Positions 1-6,627 of a stretch of DNA of 11,959 nt are shown in pieces (within the stretch, counting starts at the first letter, position 1; each line of letters opens with the position of its first letter). The notes below the pieces were generated by a model. That model had not been told where the DNA came from and searched no databases. It worked only from the letters and a program-made list of their open reading frames with translations. The stretch covers positions 31,818-43,776 of the forward strand of contig JBBIJQ010000012.1 in the NCBI GenBank assembly GCA_037445915.1. Reading direction: 5' to 3'. The stretch is from Planctomycetales bacterium. Lineage in GTDB: Bacteria; 4484-113. Made by a program: the position numbers and the translations under genes.

Positions 1-194
1 GCGAGGAAGCCGGTAACCTGGAAGAAATTTTGTTCAAGCTGTCCGACTACTTTGATACCGAGATTGACGCTACTATCAGAGGCCTTGCTAGCGTAATTGA
101 GCCGATGATGATCGTCATCATTGGCGGGGTCGTGGGAACCATCGTTATCTCGTTATACCTACCCATCTTCAACCTGGTAAACGTGATTAAATAA
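1..194 (+). CDS. pilC: Type II secretion F family / type IV pilus platform protein (PilC/GspF), C-terminal fragment, 5' truncated by the window
   Basis: The frame from position 3 reads EEAGNLEEILFKLSDYFDTEIDATIRGLASVIEPMMIVIIGGVVGTIVISLYLPIFNLVNVIK, stop TAA 192-194. This is the classic GExxG.L...L.....EP..hydrophobic TM..LYLPIF end of T2SSF proteins. It is not in the ORF track and lies directly upstream of a pilin gene. Confidence 0.92.
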   Translation, partial: EEAGNLEEILFKLSDYFDTEIDATIRGLASVIEPMMIVIIGGVVGTIVISLYLPIFNLVNVIK

Positions 195-281
195 AGGTAG
201 TTTATCCTTGGTAAAGGGGGGGACTTTTCAGCCGGGGGCTGGATTTAAGGCTTGAGAAAAGGCATTTCGCCAAAGTTCTCG

Positions 282-310
282 TTGACAGAATCGGTTTGCT
301 GTGGTATCAT
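282..310 (+). promoter_or_regulatory. Sigma70-type promoter of the pilin-like gene
   Basis: TTGACA (282-287), 17-bp spacer, TATCAT (305-310), with an extended -10 TG at 302-303. Near consensus. Confidence 0.85.
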
Positions 311-357
311 TCAACAACTGGGGTTCCCCCAGCGGATTCATTGTCCTCGAATATTAT

Positions 358-365
358 AGGAGGTG
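358..365 (+). promoter_or_regulatory. Strong Shine-Dalgarno site
   Basis: AGGAGGTG lies 9 nt before ATG 375. Confidence 0.85.
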
Positions 366-374
366 AAACGGTCC

Positions 375-1379
375 ATGAACCGTAGAGGTTTTACCCTCAT
401 TGAGCTGCTAGTAGTTATCGTAATTATTGGTATTCTGGCGGCGATTGCGTTACCGAACTACATCAAGGTGAAGGACAAAGCCAAGGAAGCTGAAGTGAAG
501 AGTAATCTGCACAACGTTCAGCTTTCAATTGAGCGCTTTGCTGTTGACACCGGCGGTACCTACCCCGATTTCCTAATCGGTGGACAGGGCAAGTACTCTG
601 CGTTCGTTGAGGGCAGCGCAAATGCCTTCATCAATGTAACAGATTGCCCTGACCGCACAATCCTCAGCGACCCGCTTCTTCGCAAGGGCTACATTGAAGC
701 TTATCCCAAGAACCCCTTTGCGACCAACGGCGCAGCCATTCACCGCTTCCAGACTGACATTGGAGACCCAATGTACAACGGTAGCAACATCGGCCGTGAC
801 CAGGGCACGCGCTTCGGCCCGTACTGCACGCTGATGGGCAACGTGCTTGCCGACTTCCGTTACACCCAGTATGTTGTGGTGAACCAGACGAACGGCACGC
901 AGTCCACCCGCAACAGCTACAGCAACATCCCTTATCCGTTCTGGGATCTGTGGCGCAGCAACAAGCCGAACCCGTTCCTTCCCGGCGAGTTCTTCTACAA
1001 GAGCGCGGGTTCTATCGTCGTCGCTAATGCGAACTCTGTTGACCCGAACCGCCCGGTTGTCCCGACCATTGTTGAGCTCTACATGCTCGGTGGTTATGGC
1101 GCAATCCGCACCAAGGGCAAAGATGTTCTAGGCCCCGAGCCGCAGATCACCTTCCGCCCCAACACCGGCCAGGGCGGCCAGACTTCTGAGTTCAGAGTGC
1201 CCGCCTGGACGCGTTCAACAAACCAGGCTGACGGCGCCAACTTCCTCGGAAGCCCGTACGGCGGCGCTACTGCCGACTCGACCGTGGAGCAGCTTGGCTA
1301 CGGCGCACCCAATGGCGTCCGCGACGGCATCATTCTGGTGCTGGTACCCGGCGAAGATACTAAGGGCGCACGCGAGTAA
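375..1379 (+). CDS. Large prepilin-type N-terminal cleavage/methylation protein (type IV pilin / GspG-like pseudopilin), 334 aa
   Basis: Class III signal MNRRG|FTLIELLVVIVIIGILAAIALPNY with Glu5, followed by the helix AKEAEVKSNLHNVQLSIERFAVDTGGTYP and a GspG-like YIEAYPKNPF motif. Start moved from GTG 363, which lies inside the SD, to ATG 375. Confidence 0.9.
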   Translation: MNRRGFTLIELLVVIVIIGILAAIALPNYIKVKDKAKEAEVKSNLHNVQLSIERFAVDTGGTYPDFLIGGQGKYSAFVEGSANAFINVTDCPDRTILSDPLLRKGYIEAYPKNPFATNGAAIHRFQTDIGDPMYNGSNIGRDQGTRFGPYCTLMGNVLADFRYTQYVVVNQTNGTQSTRNSYSNIPYPFWDLWRSNKPNPFLPGEFFYKSAGSIVVANANSVDPNRPVVPTIVELYMLGGYGAIRTKGKDVLGPEPQITFRPNTGQGGQTSEFRVPAWTRSTNQADGANFLGSPYGGATADSTVEQLGYGAPNGVRDGIILVLVPGEDTKGARE

Positions 1380-1412
1380 ACCCTTAGTCCGGCCTAGATT
1401 TCTAGACGTCCC

Positions 1413-1444
1413 GAGGGGGTCCTTTTTAGGGCCCCCTCTTTTTT
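1413..1444 (+). terminator. Rho-independent terminator after the pilin-like gene
   Basis: Stem GAGGGGGTCCT (1413-1423), loop TTTT, stem AGGGCCCCCTC (1428-1438); 11 bp with one G:U pair, then T6 (1439-1444). Confidence 0.88.
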
Positions 1445-1514
1445 GCTGTCTGCTCAGTTGCGCATGTCCGAGCCGCTAAGCTAAGATATGTCACCATAAT
1501 ATGGAGCCTTACCA

Positions 1515-3632
1515 ATGAAAGCACTACGCTTAGCTTTGCCCGCCACGATATTGATGCTGGCACTTTCCCTTTCCGCCTACGCCTCTGTGGAGTTCTTTCC
1601 GCTTTCGCATGTAAAAGCAGGGATGAAATGCATTGGCAAGACCGTAATTCGCGGGACAACCATTGAAACCTTCAATGTTGAGATACTGGACATCATTCCA
1701 GATGGCGGGTTTGACGGCTCGGCAATTATTTTAGCCAAGTTCTCAGGGCCAGTGATAGACTCCTCCAACGGCATTGCCGAAGGCTACTCTGGAAGCCCGG
1801 TTTATATCAACGGCAAGCTACTGGGCGCAGTCTCGTCCGCAATCCCCTTCAGCGACACGCATGTGGGCGGCATAACCCCAATAGCAAACATGCTTGCCGC
1901 GCTCCCGAACCGCTTTCGCGGCGATTACTCCAGCAATACCGTCGTCCCAGAGCCGAACGTAAAGCGCAAGCTGAAGTTCACTGAAAACCTGAAAGCCGCC
2001 GAGAAATCAAATGAGCAACAGCCTTTAGAAGGCGGGACGCTTTCGGCGGTTCCGATTAGCGCGCCCATCGTCGTATCAGGCCTCAGCGCAAACAGCATGC
2101 GCATACTGGAGGAGAAGATCGCCAACAGCCCCTTTCTTCACCTTGCGCCAATCGGCGGAGCTGGAGACGGAGTCGGCGGCTTGCGCAAAGGGCTGCTTTA
2201 CAGCCCTGCGGCTGATGGACCGCTTCAGGCAGGCGACGCAGCGGGAGTCTCGTTGATGACCGGCGACATTGACATCAGCGCAATCGGAACGGTAACTTAT
2301 GTTGACGACAACGGGCAGGTGCTTATGTTCGGCCACCCGTTCAATATGACCGGCGAGATTGACCTTCCGCTTCAGAAGGCATACATCGCCTACACTTATA
2401 AGAGCATTGAGCGCGCCTTCAAGGTCGGCTACACTCTCTACCCCGTAGGCGCCGCCAAGCAAGACCGCGCGGCGGCCGTTGGCGGGCTTCTGAACGCGGT
2501 GCCGGATATGGTGCCGATGAAGATCACTATCCGCGATATAGACATGGGCATTACGCGCGAGTTCAACGTGTCCATTGCGCGTGACCCAAGCTGGTTTGAC
2601 AGCCTGGCGATGACAGCGTTCGGCGAAGCTCTCGTGCGGACGGTTAATATGCAGCGCGGCGGAACGGTGCGGATGGAATTCGCGCTGGAAGGCAGCGGGC
2701 TCAAAGAGCCGCTTAAACGCACCAACTATTATTACTCCAACTTATCGCCTACGGACGTTGTCTGGGAAGAGATGCTCCCGCTTGCTTCGCTGCTCGCCAA
2801 CAATATCTACCGCGAAGTGAAGCTTACGAAGCTGTCAGTTTCGGTTGACTTCACCCGCAACCGCGTGAATGCTGCCATTGACGGCGCTGAGCTGCTGCTG
2901 CCCGGCGAGAAGCCGAAGAAACCGCTCTTAGCAGGCGAGCCTGCCCAGGCGGATGCGGCAGGGGATGAGGTGGAATCGCAGCCCGAAGGGGAGGACGGCG
3001 CAGGCAGCTCCACAACACAGCTACAGCAGCAAAACAGAACTGCTCAAGATAGCGCCGTGGCGGAAGCTGCCACCCCTCTCAGCCCAGCTCTGCCCCAGCC
3101 AAGGACAGTGCGCCCAGGTCAATTGCTGCGCGTGGTTGTGCGGCTCCAGCCATACCGTGAAAAGCCCATTGAGCAGATGATTTACTTCACTCTCCCCGCT
3201 GATTTCCCTGAAGGGCCGACTAGCATGGTTGTGCATAGCGGCGGTGGCCTGCTTTCCATATTCAACGAGTTTGGCGGGCGCGGCAGATACTTGCTTGGAA
3301 TGGGTAATTTCGTTAACGTGCCAGTCAACCTGCACGACCTAGACAAGATTATTGAGAAGGCTCTCTCAACTCCGCTCAACAACGATATCGTCGTGAGCAT
3401 CCTCAAACCAGGCGTTGACCCAAGCGCCGGGCAGAACGCGCAGCCGGCGAAAGCCGCCGAAGATCCGGACTGGGAACCCGATTTCCGCGTTAGCTTGCCG
3501 ACCAAGTGGGTAATTTATGAAGGGCAGATGATTCCGATAATCGTCGCCAAGGCGGGAAGCGAGGCTGATAACCAGCCCGCTACCCGCGCGGAGGCGGATG
3601 AAGTAGAAGGCGAAGGGGACGGGGAAGGCTAA
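1515..3632 (+). CDS. Secreted SpoIVB-like peptidase S55 domain protein
   Basis: Signal peptide MKALRLALPATILMLALSLSAYA; S55 serine motif GIAEGYSGSPVYINGKLLGAVS (Ser92); GTVTY...FGHPF motif (His274); GGAG SD at 1503-1506; acidic linker and acidic tail. Confidence 0.85.
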   Translation: MKALRLALPATILMLALSLSAYASVEFFPLSHVKAGMKCIGKTVIRGTTIETFNVEILDIIPDGGFDGSAIILAKFSGPVIDSSNGIAEGYSGSPVYINGKLLGAVSSAIPFSDTHVGGITPIANMLAALPNRFRGDYSSNTVVPEPNVKRKLKFTENLKAAEKSNEQQPLEGGTLSAVPISAPIVVSGLSANSMRILEEKIANSPFLHLAPIGGAGDGVGGLRKGLLYSPAADGPLQAGDAAGVSLMTGDIDISAIGTVTYVDDNGQVLMFGHPFNMTGEIDLPLQKAYIAYTYKSIERAFKVGYTLYPVGAAKQDRAAAVGGLLNAVPDMVPMKITIRDIDMGITREFNVSIARDPSWFDSLAMTAFGEALVRTVNMQRGGTVRMEFALEGSGLKEPLKRTNYYYSNLSPTDVVWEEMLPLASLLANNIYREVKLTKLSVSVDFTRNRVNAAIDGAELLLPGEKPKKPLLAGEPAQADAAGDEVESQPEGEDGAGSSTTQLQQQNRTAQDSAVAEAATPLSPALPQPRTVRPGQLLRVVVRLQPYREKPIEQMIYFTLPADFPEGPTSMVVHSGGGLLSIFNEFGGRGRYLLGMGNFVNVPVNLHDLDKIIEKALSTPLNNDIVVSILKPGVDPSAGQNAQPAKAAEDPDWEPDFRVSLPTKWVIYEGQMIPIIVAKAGSEADNQPATRAEADEVEGEGDGEG

Positions 3633-3643
3633 GCTTAGTTCGC

Positions 3644-4486
3644 TTACGCGAGCTCTGGCGGAAGCTCGATTCCCTCACCCATCGGGAATGGTCCCCGGCC
3701 TGCAAGGAGGTCATAAAGCTGTTTTTGCTGCACAAGCATTTCAGGCTTAAGGATTGCGCGCAAAAGCCCCTTCCTTGCTTCAGGAATATCTGCGACAAGG
3801 TCAGAATCCGGCGCGGCTACCATACTCATCCTAAACGTTTTCCCTTCGCCGTCAGTGCCGCCGTGGTTCACTCCCACAAAGTAGCACTGCGTCTCCTGTG
3901 CGCGCGCGAAGTGCAGGTTTAGCCAGGGCTTGATGCGCGTCTCCGGCCAGCAGGAGGGCAGCACCTGAACGTGGCAGCCGGCGAGCGCGTAGTTGAGGAA
4001 CATCTCCGCAAAACGCAGGTCGTAGCAGATTGCGAAGCCGACTTTCCATCCCGCGATCTCCGCCGTAAACAGCTTCTTGCCCGGCGTAAAATGTTGCGGC
4101 TCATGGAAAAGCGCAATCAAGTGTATCTTGTCGTAAGTGCCTTCTGTTGTTCCGTCCGGCGCAAGGAGGAACGCGCGGTTAAAGAGGTTTGCTCCTTCGC
4201 GCACCATCACGCTTCCGAGAAGCACATAAGCCTTGTGCTGCCGCGCTTGCCCGCGGAACGGCGCGATGAACTCTTCTTCCTCGCCGCCTATGAGCTTGGA
4301 CATCTCGCCGTAATGGTAGTAGAGGTTAGATGCTTCTGGCGTGATGATGAGGTCGCAGCTTTCCGGCTCAATCTCGGCAAACATCTCAAGCAGCTCACGC
4401 TGGTTTTCCTTTGCATCGCGCGAGAATAGCCCAGCCTGAATCCCGCAGACGCGCAGGTCGCCGGTTGGAGGCTGCCAGGCGCGCAT
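3644..4486 (-). CDS. Carbon-nitrogen hydrolase (nitrilase superfamily; Nit/YafV-like amidase branch likely)
   Basis: Intact Glu-Lys-Cys triad: LIITPEA, YDKIHL, ICYDLRF. Also carries the ARAQETQCYFVGVN motif. An AAGGA SD overlaps the end of the upstream gene. Confidence 0.9.
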   Translation of the reverse strand: MRAWQPPTGDLRVCGIQAGLFSRDAKENQRELLEMFAEIEPESCDLIITPEASNLYYHYGEMSKLIGGEEEEFIAPFRGQARQHKAYVLLGSVMVREGANLFNRAFLLAPDGTTEGTYDKIHLIALFHEPQHFTPGKKLFTAEIAGWKVGFAICYDLRFAEMFLNYALAGCHVQVLPSCWPETRIKPWLNLHFARAQETQCYFVGVNHGGTDGEGKTFRMSMVAAPDSDLVADIPEARKGLLRAILKPEMLVQQKQLYDLLAGRGPFPMGEGIELPPELA

Positions 4487-4488
4487 AC

Positions 4489-4875
4489 TTATTCCTTAGC
4501 GGCGTCCTGGTAAATACGCCTTGCCATGTCAAAAGTCTCCTCGGCAATTGCCATCGCCGATGCGTCAAAGCCCACCAGCGGGAAATTAAAGACGTAAAGC
4601 ACTGTGGAAGTTTTCGTGTCCACGGCATACGAGCCCATCCATGTTTCACGGTTAAGCTCAAGCAGCATTTCAAACTGGGCCGCTGTATTCGCCTCGTCAA
4701 TGCGGTCAAGCACAAACATCAGGCGCAAGAATGTAGGCTTGCCCTTGTCCTGGAACGTTAGCGCGAGAAAGTAACGGTCATCGTGCTGCACCTGGTAGAT
4801 ATCCATGTTCCCTTCGGTAGTAGCTTTAGTGAAGGTGCAGTTAAGCGAGCCGAGCAGTTCTTCAAATCCGTTCAT
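4489..4875 (-). CDS. Small acidic protein, YbjN / CesT (type III secretion chaperone-like) fold predicted, 128 aa
   Basis: Size, acidity and the segment FEMLLELNRETWMGSYAVD followed by a C-terminal helix fit the family pattern (LLxLN....G.h.hD). ATG 4875 overlaps the upstream TGA (ATGA). ATG 4881 is an alternative start. Confidence 0.6.
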   Translation of the reverse strand: MNGFEELLGSLNCTFTKATTEGNMDIYQVQHDDRYFLALTFQDKGKPTFLRLMFVLDRIDEANTAAQFEMLLELNRETWMGSYAVDTKTSTVLYVFNFPLVGFDASAMAIAEETFDMARRIYQDAAKE

Positions 4876-6626
4876 TGGCAAAATCCTTTGTCCTTAAGGA
4901 ACGACCGCAAGGACATAGTGTTATTACATTCCCGTTCGGTGGCGATGAAGGTAAACTTCTGCAACCCAAGGCGCTCCTTTAGCAGTGACGGCATCCACAC
5001 TACACGCTTCAGCCCGCCTTCAGCAGCAAGGAAGTCGCGGCTGCGAAGGTAATCGTCTGACACGCCCATAACCCCAGGGACCTGCCTGCCTGCGACTTCG
5101 CGGAGCAGGCCGAAAAAAGTGCGCTGGTCGGGGGAATGCCCGTCGTAATCGCAACTGAGAACGACAATGCCTTCCAAGTGTTCGTTGTAATACGCGATGT
5201 TCTGCGCAAAAACCGTAACCGGCGGCGGGGAATCAAGCAGCGATTGCAGGCTAACTTTGCTGATGCCGCCTTCGCTAAGGATGCGGGCAAACTTAGAAAC
5301 CCCGCTGTAGAACACCTTATGCTTGTCAACAAGCTCGCCGCGCTTAATGGGGAAATGCTCCAGGCTGCCAGTGAAAAGAGCGCGCGCGCGGATGCCGTCA
5401 TAGCTGAGCTCGCACTGCGGCGGGTGTAGGACGGAGACAAAGCAAAACCCGTTGCGAGAACACCTCTGGCAAAATGTGCAGACAAACAGCGGAGCGTCAA
5501 AGTCCCCGCGTTTGGCAAGCGCATGGCGGCGCTCTTCCTTGTAGCCTGCTGCGATAGCCTTCAAGTTTTGCAGGCGAAGGCTGTCAAAGATGAGCTTGAC
5601 TGAGACCTGAGTCAGCGCGAACTTCTCCTTGAGCCTGCGATAGATTTCCCAGCCCACCTCTTCCGGCTCGCGCATCTTGCCAATGAGCACCAGCTTAAAA
5701 AACTCGCCCGGCTCCATGCGAACCCATGGGTGGCGAGCAAAGATGCGGTGCAGCTCGTTCTCCAAGTATGCAGTAAGCGTGATGTCCACATCGCTGTCGC
5801 CGAGGTCAATGATTAGCCCAGCCTCGTCTTCCATCTTCCCGCGAACTTCAACCCCATCAATGCCGCCCATCGCGCGCACTACGCAAAAAGACGAGTATCC
5901 ACCGCCGACTTCAAACCTCTCTGTATCCTCAATCGCCGTCAGATTGCCCTCCACACGCTTGATTTTCCGCGCGTTGAACACAGGCTGTAGGCGGTGAATC
6001 TTGGCGAAAAGGTCGTCAAGGTCGCTGATGAGGTTGTAGTTAAACATCGGCCCCAATGGAACGCGGCTGAAAATGGGGATGCTCAGGTGGTGTAGTGAGC
6101 GTAGGAGATTCTGGTCAAATTCATCGGGCGCTTCGTTAACGACAACCGCAGCCATCAGCCGCGAGCGCAGCAGGCTCACGAGCGAAAACAGGTCGCGCTC
6201 TTCCCAGAGGAAGAAGTTGTGCGCGTAACGCAAAACGTTTTGCACGAAGGGGATGACATGCGCAGGCTCTTCTGCCTGCGAAATGAGGAGGCCCGGGCAA
6301 TCGTAGTTCTCAAGCTCAGGTTCAGGCGTTAGGAAGTGGACGAAAGTCGTTGCCGGCGGGTTTTTGCGGAAAAGCTGGAAGAACCGCGCCCAGTCCGTCT
6401 CGCCCCCAAAAAGTGAAGCAAAGTTGCTAATCTCCATAAGCCCCAGGAGAATCAGCGGGTTACGCTGGTAACCGGCCTCTATTTCCTCAGGAGATTTGTT
6501 GAGCAGCACTGTGGTATCAAAGAGCATCCGGTTGACGATGAGCCTTGGCTCGTCTGGCTTCAGCGAAAAGCCCTGGAGCGCTCTTGCCAGCCGTTTGATA
6601 TTGAATGATCTCTGAACCCTTGCCAT
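4872..6626 (-). CDS. Acetyl-CoA synthase (AcsB/CdhC family) homolog, divergent, lacking the Ni-binding Cys-Gly-Cys motif, 584 aa
   Basis: The C-terminal domain follows AcsB domain 3 in order: CTFCQ..N.FC...PPQC..SY, SPDQRTF, GRQVPGVMGV, FLAAEGGLKRVVWMPSLLKERL, IATE, FLKDKG. The middle domain (EVGG, GLIIDL, YLENELH, LKEKF, VSVKLIFD, YKEERR) matches domain 2. Start taken as ATG 6626, 1 nt after the argS stop. Confidence 0.85.
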   Translation of the reverse strand: MARVQRSFNIKRLARALQGFSLKPDEPRLIVNRMLFDTTVLLNKSPEEIEAGYQRNPLILLGLMEISNFASLFGGETDWARFFQLFRKNPPATTFVHFLTPEPELENYDCPGLLISQAEEPAHVIPFVQNVLRYAHNFFLWEERDLFSLVSLLRSRLMAAVVVNEAPDEFDQNLLRSLHHLSIPIFSRVPLGPMFNYNLISDLDDLFAKIHRLQPVFNARKIKRVEGNLTAIEDTERFEVGGGYSSFCVVRAMGGIDGVEVRGKMEDEAGLIIDLGDSDVDITLTAYLENELHRIFARHPWVRMEPGEFFKLVLIGKMREPEEVGWEIYRRLKEKFALTQVSVKLIFDSLRLQNLKAIAAGYKEERRHALAKRGDFDAPLFVCTFCQRCSRNGFCFVSVLHPPQCELSYDGIRARALFTGSLEHFPIKRGELVDKHKVFYSGVSKFARILSEGGISKVSLQSLLDSPPPVTVFAQNIAYYNEHLEGIVVLSCDYDGHSPDQRTFFGLLREVAGRQVPGVMGVSDDYLRSRDFLAAEGGLKRVVWMPSLLKERLGLQKFTFIATERECNNTMSLRSFLKDKGFCQ

Positions 6627-6627
6627 G

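Noticed and set aside
363-374. GTG start at 363 for the pilin given by the ORF track
   Set aside because: The GTG is part of the AGGAGGTG SD. ATG 375 has proper spacing and gives a typical short class III leader.
1391-1406. CTAGA-TT-TCTAG inverted repeat, and GGCCTAGA recurring at 1391 and 8501
   Set aside because: Too short and too few copies to separate from chance.
1515-3632. Sporulation inferred from SpoIVB similarity
   Set aside because: No PDZ domain, different motif order and length, and no sporulation genes nearby; S55 domains also occur in non-sporulating bacteria.
4872-6626. Calling this a functional acsB, or evidence of a Wood-Ljungdahl pathway
   Set aside because: The Ni-binding CGC motif is absent and no partner genes are in the window. 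It is not called a pseudogene either, because the frame is intact and the Fe-S cysteines are kept.
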